Positions 1 to 9,589 are shown, numbered from the stretch's first letter. The stretch: DNA of 64,000 nucleotides from Candidatus Bathyarchaeum tardum (GCA_024650005.2 CP122380.1:1536001-1600000), one strand, 5' to 3'. Made by a program: numbers and translations. Notes: generated by a model from the letters alone, not told the origin.

Positions 1-490
1 TCTGAAACTCATTAAATCATGAACGAATAGACCAGACATACCCATTTTCTGATGTTTTAGAATTGGGGTTTTCATGTAAGTTTGATGTTCGCTTTCTTCA
101 CTAAGCTCCTCATGGTGTAGTGGATACCACTTAAGGTTGAGTCGAAAATATCTGACACTACGTTTAGCCATTAAAAGTAGAGTTAATTGTTCAGAATTCC
201 CTTTCTCTTGCATATATATCCTCAGAGAGTTTAAGCCATTTGTCACACCATTCAGTAGCTAGAGGATTTAAGATTCCAAGTTAGGCTGCCCTGTCTTTTT
301 GGCGAATGCCCTTTAAGTAAACATGCTTTTCTCCCTTTTTCTTTTGATTGTTCTTTCAGTTTACGAAGAGTCTCCTGTTTGAAGTTAACAAACGCGGATA
401 TTTCCCAAACTAATTAACATGCTAAAGTCAATATTGCTTTGTCTCTTGTGTCTGTACCTCAAACATTTTGCGTAAGTTTCCGTTGTGAAA
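1..490 (-). pseudogene. Decayed tyrosine recombinase/integrase (continues past left edge)
   Basis: Manual translation across frameshifts and stops gives FTTE-LRKMFEV-DTRDKAILTLAC*LVWEISAF...IRQKTGQP-LGILNPLATEWCDKWL...MRSLVKKANIKLT*KPQF*NIRKWVMSGL. These are box I RDKAIL and degenerate H-x-x-R (F*NIRK) motifs. Confidence 0.75.
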
Positions 491-620
491 TTTGCTACAG
501 CAGCTAATCTTCGCAGAAAAGTGTTGTTAGAAAGGCTCATGTCCTCATTCTGATAACGTAGAGTTAAGGTTCTTGCATCTCTAGGTGCATTTTAACAATT
601 TACAAAGAAAAAATATTCAG

Positions 621-920
621 TTACAGGACAAGGTCTTTTTTAATTTTAAATTCTGAGAAGTCTCCAACATATTTTCCCCAACGGACGTCAGTTCGTAAAA
701 TATGAGCTCCTGAAGGTCCAACGCGACAAAAATCAATCATTTTTTCTACGTTTTCTTTTTTTCCTTCAAATATTGCTTCTACTCGACCGTCAGACACGTT
801 TCTGACCCAGCCAATAACATTTTGTTTAATTGCCTCTGAACGTGTGGAGGCTCTAAAAAATACGCCTTGGACTTTGCCTGTAACAAAAATGTGAGCCCTA
901 ATGTTCATGTTTTTCATCAA
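621..920 (-). CDS. acyP: Acylphosphatase
   Basis: GKVQGVFFR and GWVRN motifs, 99 aa. Confidence 0.93.
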   Translation of the reverse strand: MMKNMNIRAHIFVTGKVQGVFFRASTRSEAIKQNVIGWVRNVSDGRVEAIFEGKKENVEKMIDFCRVGPSGAHILRTDVRWGKYVGDFSEFKIKKDLVL

Positions 921-982
921 CTGTGTTGTGAAGAAAATAGACTAACCCAAAGAATAGAAAATAGTGAATCATTCACGTTTAG

Positions 983-1312
983 TTATGTTACTTTTTTGAA
1001 GTGCATAGTTTGCCCAAACAGTTCTAGTTCGTAGAGTTGGTTTACGTCAAACTGGATGCCTAGTTGTTCATATTCGGTTTCTGTTAGGAATAAAATCATT
1101 TTAGGAACAGAGAACTGGCTTGTTTGGTTAGCAATCATTGGAAGTTGTTGTTGCAGGCTTTTCATTACTTCTTGAACCATACGGGCTTCTTCGGTTGCAG
1201 GTCTGACAGCAAAACGGGGGATAACTCGTTCTTCAATTAGTTCTATGCGTTTACCTAGGTTGCCTTCAGGGTCTTTTGTTGATTCGATTTTTTGAACCCG
1301 GACACGTGTCAT
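983..1312 (-). CDS. Arcadin-1-like protein (crenactin arcade cluster family)
   Basis: 109 aa; the pattern DPEG..KRIELIEER..P..EEARMVQEVM..LP..VPKMILFLTETEYEQLG..FDV resembles Pyrobaculum arcadin-1 as I recall it. Confidence 0.65.
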   Translation of the reverse strand: MTRVRVQKIESTKDPEGNLGKRIELIEERVIPRFAVRPATEEARMVQEVMKSLQQQLPMIANQTSQFSVPKMILFLTETEYEQLGIQFDVNQLYELELFGQTMHFKKVT

Positions 1313-1384
1313 AGTATATCACTTCAGCTAATCAAGGAACCGCGACGCCTTTATACATTTCTTTTCAGTTTTTGACCATGGAAA

Positions 1385-1840
1385 TTAAAGGTAGATTCCA
1401 CCTTCTGACAGTAATTGGTTAGTCATATTTTTTGTTATATACATACCCATTTGAGGCATTCGTTGTTTTCCAATAATTTGTAGCAGAACTTTAATTGGAA
1501 CAGGGTTTGGCAATGTTTTCAAGTTTGTGAATCTAACAAAGGTAGCTGTTTTTCGACCCTGTAAAAAGTCAGTGTATTCATCATATGATTTTAACAGGGA
1601 TTCGCGTCCAAGAGATTCCCATAGGTCTTTAGAGTATCCATGCACATTTTCAACAAAATCAGCATAGCCTTGTATTTGTTTTGTTGGATGAGTCACATAA
1701 AAAAACAATTGTTCAGTGCTTTTTGGCCCCACAACGCCACGGCGAACAAAGGCGTGGTTCTTTTTTCCAGCTTCATTTTGTTTGCAGAGCCGGTCCCAAA
1801 ATTTTTCTAGATTCAATACGATGAAAGCGTATTTTTGCAA
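1385..1840 (-). CDS. ASCH/PUA-like (EVE/DUF365-type) domain protein
   Basis: LFFYVTHPTKQIQGYA...LWESLG.ES.L....EY..F pattern typical of PUA/ASCH-like folds. Confidence 0.55.
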   Translation of the reverse strand: MQKYAFIVLNLEKFWDRLCKQNEAGKKNHAFVRRGVVGPKSTEQLFFYVTHPTKQIQGYADFVENVHGYSKDLWESLGRESLLKSYDEYTDFLQGRKTATFVRFTNLKTLPNPVPIKVLLQIIGKQRMPQMGMYITKNMTNQLLSEGGIYL

Positions 1841-2047
1841 CCTTCTTCACGTCCATTCTGCATTCATTGTTTATTATTTACTTTGTTTTAACTTATAAAT
1901 TAAACTTATAAAACGGAATAGATAATTAATTTAAGTGTAACATGATGATGGTACTGCTAGCAAATACTGAAACAGATATATTATATGTAAGCACAAAGAA
2001 GAAAGGTAAAGAACAAACAAAACTGAAGATCAAAGGATTGCATTGGT

Positions 2048-2158
2048 ATGAAATGTCCAAGATGCGAAACTGAAATGACCACACGAAAACTAAAGGGAAA
2101 AAAACAAGTTTTTTTTTCGTGCCCAAAATGCCATTATAATCGCACATCAAGAACATAA
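2048..2158 (+). CDS. 36-aa zinc-ribbon microprotein
   Basis: MKCPRCETEMTTRKLKGKKQVFFSCPKCHYNRTSRT; two CPxC motifs; below the ORF-track cutoff. Confidence 0.6.
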   Translation: MKCPRCETEMTTRKLKGKKQVFFSCPKCHYNRTSRT

Positions 2159-2167
2159 AATGTCTTG

Positions 2168-3010
2168 TTACTCTGTTTGTTGTTCATCAGTTGGGTTTTG
2201 TCCAGTTAAAAATTCTCTGCGCATCAATGCAGGAACAGGCGGCAGTATAGAATTTTTCTTGAATTCTTTTTGGATCATCTCAGCAATAGTTGACTTAATG
2301 AATTCTTCATTTGAAGGGTCATTTATCCAAAACAGGACTTCAATTTCATTAGTCCATTCTTTGTTACGGAAAATAAATCGAATTTCTCGTTTCCGTTTCA
2401 GGTCAAAGACAACTGATTTATTGCTTTTGAGAATTTTTTCAATTATTGATTTTGCTTTTTCAGCATCTACAGTGTAATCAGTTGCAAAAAACAAAGATGC
2501 TACAGATTCAGATGCACCGCTTGTAAGGTTAATGATTTTTTCTTTCATCAACACCGAGTTTGGAATAATTATTTCGTTTCGGTCATAAGTTTTTAGTTTG
2601 GTTGTCCGAAGGGCAATATCTGTAACAGTTCCAGTTAAGTTTCCAATTCGTATTACGTCCCCTATGGAATAGGTTTTTCCAGAGATTATTAAAATGCCAG
2701 AAACCCAGTTTTGAATTATGTCTTGCAAACCAAAACCTATTATCAGTGCACCTACTCCGAGACCTGCTATTGCTGCAGTGATGTCTTGGTTTAACAATGA
2801 AAGAATAACCATCAAAGCAACAAGATAGATGACTATTTGGAAGAACCGTTTCATATGAACAAGGGTTCCTTTTTGCAGGTCGCCTCTGTTTTCTAGACGG
2901 TTAATTAGTTTATTGAAAATAGTAATAATCAGAAATGCGCCAATTATGGTTGCAATTACCTGCAATACCAGAACAGGGTGGTCAAATAAATTTTGTATAA
3001 CGTCAACCAT
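2168..3010 (-). CDS. mscS: Small-conductance mechanosensitive channel
   Basis: 3 TM helices, GLGVGALIIGFGLQD, GDVI, IPNS motifs. Confidence 0.9.
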   Translation of the reverse strand: MVDVIQNLFDHPVLVLQVIATIIGAFLIITIFNKLINRLENRGDLQKGTLVHMKRFFQIVIYLVALMVILSLLNQDITAAIAGLGVGALIIGFGLQDIIQNWVSGILIISGKTYSIGDVIRIGNLTGTVTDIALRTTKLKTYDRNEIIIPNSVLMKEKIINLTSGASESVASLFFATDYTVDAEKAKSIIEKILKSNKSVVFDLKRKREIRFIFRNKEWTNEIEVLFWINDPSNEEFIKSTIAEMIQKEFKKNSILPPVPALMRREFLTGQNPTDEQQTE

Positions 3011-3104
3011 GAGCCATTCCTTAACATATTTTATGAAGGTGGTGTTTCTTTTTTAGGTTTTCTAACATTCAATTGCTTGGTTGTTTTAAATCAACCGGTT
3101 TGGT

Positions 3105-4058
3105 TTAGAAAATTACCACTGAGACACCTATTTGTTGCAAAATGAACACCACATAGATTAAACAAAGGAAGATTGCAGATTTTTTTGTTATGCGTTCATT
3201 TGAGCTTATCATGTACCAGACGCTTAAGGATGAAATTAGGACATAAAACATTATGCTCTGTACTGCAACTACGTTAACTTCAGAGACAGACAGCAATGAA
3301 GTAACACCAAGAATAAGGGTAATATTAGTGATGCAGCTTCCAAGCAAATTTCCAAGAGCCATATTATAAAGTCCTTGCTTGAGAGCTTGGATTGTAGTTG
3401 CAAGTTCAGGCAATGAAGTTCCAAGACCAATTATTGTTGCGCCAATAATAGAGGTAGGTAAACCTATGAAACCTGCAATGTCAATAGAGCTTTCTACAGC
3501 AAAGTCGGATAAAAATATTACAAGTCCAATTCCGATCAAAAATTTTACGACCACAAAAGCTAGGTTTTCATTTTTTTGTTGTAAAGGTTCTTCTTTAGGG
3601 GTAGTTTGTGTTTTGCGGGAAACTGTGACACCAAAATATATGAACATTATCAGAAGTATGATGCCTAAAACGGGTCCAAGGGTGCCTTGTTGAACAATAA
3701 ACAGTGGAATGATTGAAGTTAAGAAAAGAAATTGTACAAGTTCTTTTTGGGATTGTCCACCGATTTTGATGTTTTTTCTGCTGAACAGAATTGCCAATCC
3801 AAGGATTATTGTAAGGTTTGCGATGTTTGAACCCAGAACGTTACCAACTGAAAGGTCACCTTCTCCAGCGAGAGATGCAACCGTAGACATTGAAAGTTCG
3901 GGCAAGGACGTTATGATAGAAAGAAGAACAAATCCTGCTGCCATTTCAGATAGCCCAACGGCTCGGGATAAAACTAGAACGTATCTGATGAGTCTGTCGC
4001 TGATTAGCATGATTAGAATCAAAGAAGCAGCTAAGATCGGCAAACTGTAAAGTATCAT
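3105..4058 (-). CDS. Na+/Ca2+ (cation:Ca2+) antiporter, YrbG/NCX family
   Basis: Two alpha repeats TSLPE...GN.LGS; multi-TM. Confidence 0.9.
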   Translation of the reverse strand: MILYSLPILAASLILIMLISDRLIRYVLVLSRAVGLSEMAAGFVLLSIITSLPELSMSTVASLAGEGDLSVGNVLGSNIANLTIILGLAILFSRKNIKIGGQSQKELVQFLFLTSIIPLFIVQQGTLGPVLGIILLIMFIYFGVTVSRKTQTTPKEEPLQQKNENLAFVVVKFLIGIGLVIFLSDFAVESSIDIAGFIGLPTSIIGATIIGLGTSLPELATTIQALKQGLYNMALGNLLGSCITNITLILGVTSLLSVSEVNVVAVQSIMFYVLISSLSVWYMISSNERITKKSAIFLCLIYVVFILQQIGVSVVIF

Positions 4059-4229
4059 TTAAGGCACCTCAAGGGCATTATTGGTAATATAAAAGCAAAA
4101 TGTAAAAGTGAAGCTTTTAAACATTCTAGTTCAATAAACAGTATCGGTAAATTACTTTAACATAATTGATAAAATTTTTTTAATGCACAAGAAAAGCAGA
4201 TCAAAGAAAACAGTATATAATTATCGTTT

Positions 4230-4982
4230 TTATTTTTCCGCTAAGAGATAATTCAATAGTTGTTTAGCGTCTGTTGGGGGATAGCCTGAATAGTACTTGC
4301 TAAAGTAGCCAAAAATTACTGTTTTATTGGAGAGTTGCTGGATTTTTTTCCCCCATTTTTGTGTATCCTCTGTTCTTTCTTTTTCCACTTTACCTAAGGT
4401 TCCTTTGATTTGCATTCGGTTTCCTTCCCATCTGAAATAGGTAAAGTCAGTTGTAACCATATTTAGCTTATTTATCCATGGACTATCACCTAATACTAAT
4501 GCAATTTTGTTTTGTTCTAATAAGCTGTAAAATTTTTCATTGTACCAACTTTTGTTTCGTATTTCAAATGCATATCTGAATCTTTTTGAGAGAACAGATG
4601 TAAAATCTGTTAACGCACCAAAATTTGCTGACGTGAAACTGGGAGGAAATTGGAACAAAACGGGTCCGAGTTTTGTTCCGAAATTGGATATGGTGCTTAA
4701 AAAAAAGTCCAAGTAATCAGGGTTATCTTTTGCTAATTTTTGGTGAGATATTTTTTTGGGGGCTTTGATAGAAAATATGAAATCAGGTTTTGTTTGTTTC
4801 ATCCATTTTTTTATTGTTTCAATTGTAGGTATACGATAAAATGTGCTGTTCACTTCAACTGTGTTGAAATGTTGACAATATTCTTGAAGGAAGTTTTCAG
4901 GTTTCGCAGAAGAAGAGTAAAGCTGGTTTTTCCAAAAATCGTAGCTCCAGCCCATTGTTCCAATGTGAATTTTTTTATTCAT
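4230..4982 (-). CDS. DUF72 (UPF0759/YecE) TIM-barrel protein
   Basis: IGTMGWSY, VEVNSTFY, KAP..ISH, LFQFPPSF, AFEIR motifs; start overlaps the ligase stop. Confidence 0.9.
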   Translation of the reverse strand: MNKKIHIGTMGWSYDFWKNQLYSSSAKPENFLQEYCQHFNTVEVNSTFYRIPTIETIKKWMKQTKPDFIFSIKAPKKISHQKLAKDNPDYLDFFLSTISNFGTKLGPVLFQFPPSFTSANFGALTDFTSVLSKRFRYAFEIRNKSWYNEKFYSLLEQNKIALVLGDSPWINKLNMVTTDFTYFRWEGNRMQIKGTLGKVEKERTEDTQKWGKKIQQLSNKTVIFGYFSKYYSGYPPTDAKQLLNYLLAEK

Positions 4983-6375
4983 TGTTGTCCCTAACTTTCA
5001 TAAGCAGCCAGTTGTTTTCTCCACCTTTCTTGAAGCGCACAAGAACATAAGTTCCAGTAAGTTTTTTTCCGTAGGGATTGAATTCGATCTTGTTTTCTTC
5101 CCAAAGTTTTATTCTATAGCTTCCTTTATCCCAGATTTTGACTTCTCCTGCTCCGTATTGACCTTCAGGTATTGTACCTTGGAATTCTGCATATTCCAAA
5201 GGGTGATCTTCAGTTTTTATTGCTAGCCTTTTTATTCCGCTTTTTTGGGGAATTCCTTTAGGTACCGCCCAACTTTTTAGCACACCATCTTTTTCGAGCC
5301 TAAGGTCATAATGTAAATGGCTAGCATTATGTTCCTGAACTACAAAGATTTGAGTGCCCCCACTATTAGTGGAACCTTTTGGTTCGGGGGTTAGGGTAAA
5401 GTTTCTTTTTTTGATATATTCCCCTAGTTTAACTGGTTTTATTTGCTCCAATTTACAATCTAAAGGTTTTTTATCCGACCGTAATTTGATGAATCTAGGC
5501 ATTCGCAACTTCCCATCTGAAGTAACTGTTTGGTAACCAATTTTGCAAACAAGAATCGGTTCAACCCATCGAATCTTATCTGACAGGTTGACAGAAGGTA
5601 ACGTTTTTTGGTCAACTCGTAGGGTTTGAAGTTCTTGGCTTAATGTGTTCAGTGTTTTTTGGTTGAATCCAGTTCCGACTTTACCGATATAAACAGGGTT
5701 GTTTCCGTCGTATAATCCTAAAATTAGGGCTCCAAAACTATTTTTTCTGTTTCCCATTCCCGGGGTAAAACCAAAAATTACACAATCACACTCTTTGACA
5801 GGTTTAATTTTAAGCCAGTTACTGCTTCTTTTTCCCGGTTCATATATGCTGTTTTTTTGCTTTGCCATTACACCTTCTAAACCTTTTCTAAGTGTTGCCT
5901 GATAGTAATCAGCTCCTTTTTCTTCTACAAAAACTGAAAGAATGACGTTTTTTCCCTCGTTCACATTGTTTTCAAGTATTTTTTTGCGTTCAATTAGAGG
6001 TTTGTTTAGTAATGGGTTGCCATCTTTTTCAAGTATATCAAAAAGGATGTAAAGAACAGGGTGCTTTTTTTGCAGATACTCTATCTCATTTACGGAAGTT
6101 GCTTGGATTCTTTTGAGTAGAGTCTCAAAGTCAACTTTTCCATCGTTCATGAGGACTATTTCTCCGTCTAAAACAACATTATTAGCTAAATTGTTTAGTT
6201 CTTTTAGTTCTGGAAAATTGTTTTTCAGTTCTTTTTGGTTTCGGCTTCTTATACTCAGTGTTCCATCAATGTATGAGATTGCCCTGATGCCATCCCATTT
6301 TAATTCGAATATCCAATCGTTTGAAGAAAAGGGTTCCTCGGCAGTTTTTGCTAACATTGGTTTATATTTTTTCAT
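4975..6375 (-). CDS. ligD: NHEJ ATP-dependent DNA ligase fused to C-terminal 3'-phosphoesterase domain
   Basis: ELKWDG adenylation motif, LDGEIV, EGVMAK, WLKIK; C-terminal EY..KRNF..TPEP and QEHNASHLHYDLRLE..SWAVPKG (LigD PE domain). Confidence 0.93.
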   Translation of the reverse strand: MKKYKPMLAKTAEEPFSSNDWIFELKWDGIRAISYIDGTLSIRSRNQKELKNNFPELKELNNLANNVVLDGEIVLMNDGKVDFETLLKRIQATSVNEIEYLQKKHPVLYILFDILEKDGNPLLNKPLIERKKILENNVNEGKNVILSVFVEEKGADYYQATLRKGLEGVMAKQKNSIYEPGKRSSNWLKIKPVKECDCVIFGFTPGMGNRKNSFGALILGLYDGNNPVYIGKVGTGFNQKTLNTLSQELQTLRVDQKTLPSVNLSDKIRWVEPILVCKIGYQTVTSDGKLRMPRFIKLRSDKKPLDCKLEQIKPVKLGEYIKKRNFTLTPEPKGSTNSGGTQIFVVQEHNASHLHYDLRLEKDGVLKSWAVPKGIPQKSGIKRLAIKTEDHPLEYAEFQGTIPEGQYGAGEVKIWDKGSYRIKLWEENKIEFNPYGKKLTGTYVLVRFKKGGENNWLLMKVRDNNE

Positions 6376-7166
6376 TTCTGCTCAATTTTGGTTAAAGTCT
6401 CTCTAAGGGCGACCATCAATTCTTTCGCTTCTTCCCTTTGAGGTTTCTCAGGAACTATGGTCTCTCCTTTCTTCTTCTTTTCAATTAACTTTTCAACTTT
6501 TACTCTAAAACCATCTTCATGTTTGGTTATATCAAATTCTCCGGAAAGATTCTCAATTATCTTTGTGGCAAGTTGAAGTTCTTCTCTAGTCGGCGAGGGA
6601 AGATCGTTCAATTCTTCAACGTCAAGGGGGTTAACTATTTCATTTGCATATCTGAGAATGGTCAAAATTAATGATCCCCTGTAGTCATGGATTATAACAG
6701 GATGTTCTTTGTTTTTCATTGTAAATTTGCCTACTCCTGCCATTCCCATTTTTTGGAATGCTGTTAACATAAGGTTGTAAGCATCTTTGCTTTTGTTTGG
6801 GGCGAGAATGTAAGATTTATCAAAGTAAATGGGATCAATTGAAACAAGATTAACAAATTTGTCGATGCGAATTCTTTCGTCGGATTCCGGCCGTATGGCG
6901 TCAAGTTCTTCTTTGGTGAATATAACAAATTCATTTTTGTTAATTTCGTAGCCTTTTACCACTTCTTCCCATGGAATAACTTTTTGGTCAAGGGCGCACA
7001 CTTTTTGGTATTTCAATGGAGACCCGTCATTTTTGTGAAGATACCTAAACGAGATTGTGTTGTCCCGTATCATGGTGTAAAGTTTAACAGGCACGTTAAC
7101 TAGCCCAATGCTAATTCTTCCACTCCAAATGGAGCGTTTGGGGGGTTCAGCTTTTGTTTTTTCCAT
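6372..7166 (-). CDS. ku: Ku DNA end-binding protein
   Basis: RSIWSGRISIGLVNVPVKLY, VVKGYE, IDPIYFDKSY motifs; start revised to ATG 7166; ATGA overlap with the ligase. Confidence 0.95.
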   Translation of the reverse strand: MEKTKAEPPKRSIWSGRISIGLVNVPVKLYTMIRDNTISFRYLHKNDGSPLKYQKVCALDQKVIPWEEVVKGYEINKNEFVIFTKEELDAIRPESDERIRIDKFVNLVSIDPIYFDKSYILAPNKSKDAYNLMLTAFQKMGMAGVGKFTMKNKEHPVIIHDYRGSLILTILRYANEIVNPLDVEELNDLPSPTREELQLATKIIENLSGEFDITKHEDGFRVKVEKLIEKKKKGETIVPEKPQREEAKELMVALRETLTKIEQK

Positions 7167-7170
7167 AATG

Positions 7171-8028
7171 TTAAACATCCAATTTTTGTTTATGTTCCCA
7201 AAATCCGTTCCAAGGATTTGTTTTAGTCTCAAGCACTGAAAAAATATTGAATTTTTGGGGCTTTAATCTTTTTGTTACTTGTTCCCAACTTAACGGTGTA
7301 GATACTGGAGCTTTTTTTTCAGCCCTTAAGCTGTATGGACAAATCATTGTTTTTCCTACAGAGTTTTGACTGTAATCTATGTACACTTTACCGGGGTCTT
7401 GTGATTGCGAGAACTCTGACACGATAATTTCATTTTCTTTAGTCAAATATTTTCCGATTTGGTGAACAAACTCTCGGGTCTGTTTGTAACTATATTTTGG
7501 AAGTATTGGCACAATTATATGAAGCCCTTTCTTTCCAGAAGTTTTAGGATACGATTTGAGTGATAAGTTATCTAAAATTTCCTTTAACAGGTTAGCAACT
7601 TTTACTGCATCATTTATGTTAGCTGGCGGTTCAGGGTCAATGTCAAATAAGACCAGATCAGGTTTCTCGTAAGAGTCCGTTTTGGACAAAGGCATGTGAA
7701 GTTCTAAGGCAGCTAAATTAGCCAACCAAAGTAGTGTGTCCAAGTTGTTGCAAACTATGTAGTTAAGGTCTCGTTTTGCAGTTTTTGAATGTTTTTTGTA
7801 AGTCTCTACCCATGAAGGGGTGCCTTTAGGTGCGTTTTTTCCGTAGAAGCCATTTTGGTTTATGCCATTAGGGAACCTAGTTATCACTAATGGTCTGTCT
7901 TTTAAATAATCTAACATCAAAGGGGCAGCTTTGATGTAGTATTCAATAATTTGGCTTTTTTTGATTGCTAAATCAGGGTATAGAATTTTGTTAAGATTAC
8001 TGAAATTGACTTTTGTAAGTGAAGCCAT
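7171..8028 (-). CDS. LigD polymerase/primase (AEP) stand-alone domain
   Basis: NLNKILYP, RFPNG, ELH, PDLVLFDIDP, KTSGKKGLH, IDYSQN, PYSLR motifs. Confidence 0.93.
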   Translation of the reverse strand: MASLTKVNFSNLNKILYPDLAIKKSQIIEYYIKAAPLMLDYLKDRPLVITRFPNGINQNGFYGKNAPKGTPSWVETYKKHSKTAKRDLNYIVCNNLDTLLWLANLAALELHMPLSKTDSYEKPDLVLFDIDPEPPANINDAVKVANLLKEILDNLSLKSYPKTSGKKGLHIIVPILPKYSYKQTREFVHQIGKYLTKENEIIVSEFSQSQDPGKVYIDYSQNSVGKTMICPYSLRAEKKAPVSTPLSWEQVTKRLKPQKFNIFSVLETKTNPWNGFWEHKQKLDV

Positions 8029-8342
8029 TGTTCTCTCCTGACAAATTCTTTTGCATTCAAAGGCATGAAAACAATCAATGGTCCATCACAATAGATGGGA
8101 AATCAATTATGTTTTATATGCACTAAAGGGTTTAAGAGTATTTTCGCTATGTCCACCTCTTTTTAAGCCTTAAAGGCCTTAATTTTTTAGGCTTTTCCAG
8201 CATACTAGATTACCCTAGTGAAGGAACAAAAATGAAAACCAAAATGACACGTCAATACAGAATTCACCGAGGTAAACCCTATTAAGGATATAGCTGAATA
8301 TTTAGCAGGTAACATGACGATGCAATGTAAGGTGAAACGTGA

Positions 8343-8492
8343 ATGAAACTGGTAACTGTTCTTCTTCCAGAAGCCTATTTGACGGGACTTGACGAACTAG
8401 TAAGATCAGGGATGTATCCAAGCCGAAGTGCAGCAATCAGAGCTGCAGTAAGAGACATGCTCAAAAAGGAACTCTGGGGCAAACGGGAATAA
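8343..8492 (+). CDS. 49-aa ribbon-helix-helix regulator, CdrS/CopG-like
   Basis: MKLVTVLLPEAYLTGLDELVRSGMYPSRSAAIRAAVRDMLKKELWGKRE; AGGTGA SD upstream; missed by the ORF track. Confidence 0.85.
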   Translation: MKLVTVLLPEAYLTGLDELVRSGMYPSRSAAIRAAVRDMLKKELWGKRE

Positions 8493-8851
8493 TCTAACAA
8501 CATTTTCAGAATAATTTTTTTGTTAGATATTATTTTTTGATAGAAATTGCCTTCATTAGCTTTCTTTGTTTTACGTTGCAACCAAACAAATACTGTTTCA
8601 ACTGTAATTATTACAATGCATGAGGAAGTAGCAAGAGTTTCTTTTACCTAAACAGTTCTTCCTGAACGCATGCATCATCATCTTCCAAGTAAAAATAAAT
8701 TTCCTCGTGGATATTGGAGCCTCTGCCTGCTACCCAGCAAAAAATGAATCCAAAACTATACTATCCCCCACAGGGTAAACTTCAAGCAAAATTTTTTCCC
8801 TAAAAAATCTATTTAAATGAGTTACACACTGAAAATATCTGGTGACCTTTC

Positions 8852-9079
8852 TTGGGGCTTAAACTTCCAAAAACATTGACTGAAGAACTAAGTGACAAGG
8901 AATTAAAACTGTACCTTGCTCTTATGCTTTACAAAGAAAAGAAAACATCAATAAGCCAAGCAGCCAACCTCGCAGGGTTAACCCTTTCTGATTTCATATA
9001 CGAACTAGGCAAACACAAAATCAGCTTTACAAACATAACTGAACAAGACCTTAAAGAAGAGTTAAGGCGAATAAAGTGA
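8852..9079 (+). CDS. UPF0175 family putative antitoxin
   Basis: LALMLY...SISQAANLAGL...F motif; GGTGA SD; GTGA overlap with the PIN gene. Confidence 0.85.
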   Translation: MGLKLPKTLTEELSDKELKLYLALMLYKEKKTSISQAANLAGLTLSDFIYELGKHKISFTNITEQDLKEELRRIK

Positions 9080-9546
9080 TTGTATCGGATGCAAGCCCCC
9101 TTATAGTCCTGCCCAAAACCAACAACCTTTCAATTTTAAAGAAACTATATGGTAAAATCGTCATTCCAAAAGCGGTAAAAAAAGAAATAACTGCAAAAGA
9201 AAACGAAAAGGCAATCTTCAACAAAATTGAATGGATTGAAGTCAGAACCATAAAAAATACTGGAGTGTTCGCCTTACTGGAGAAATTAGTAGATAAAGGA
9301 GAAGCCGAAGCAATTGTCCTTGCTCAAGAACTGAAAACTACTCTACTTGTAGATGATGCTAAAGCAAGAAAACACGCAAAACTGTTGAATATAAACATAA
9401 TTGGCACCTTGGGATTACTAAAGATGGCAAAAAACCGCGGCTTAATTTCTTCAGCAAAAGAAGTCATAACGGACATGCTATCAAAAGGTTACTTCATCGA
9501 AGATGAACTCATAAACCTCCTCCTAAAAGATCTTGGAGAGAGATAA
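9076..9546 (+). CDS. DUF3368 PIN-domain putative toxin
   Basis: IVSDASPLI, DKGEAEAIVLA, LLVDD, IGTLGLL motifs. Confidence 0.9.
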   Translation: MIVSDASPLIVLPKTNNLSILKKLYGKIVIPKAVKKEITAKENEKAIFNKIEWIEVRTIKNTGVFALLEKLVDKGEAEAIVLAQELKTTLLVDDAKARKHAKLLNINIIGTLGLLKMAKNRGLISSAKEVITDMLSKGYFIEDELINLLLKDLGER

Positions 9547-9589
9547 TTTTAATCCAAAAGTAACCGAATCAAATTAATTACATTTTTTA

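Noticed and set aside
8375-8581. 68-aa minus-strand ORF
   Set aside because: Antisense to the RHH gene at 8343-8492
8500-8790. Protein-like fragments on the minus strand
   Set aside because: Short, broken and unassignable
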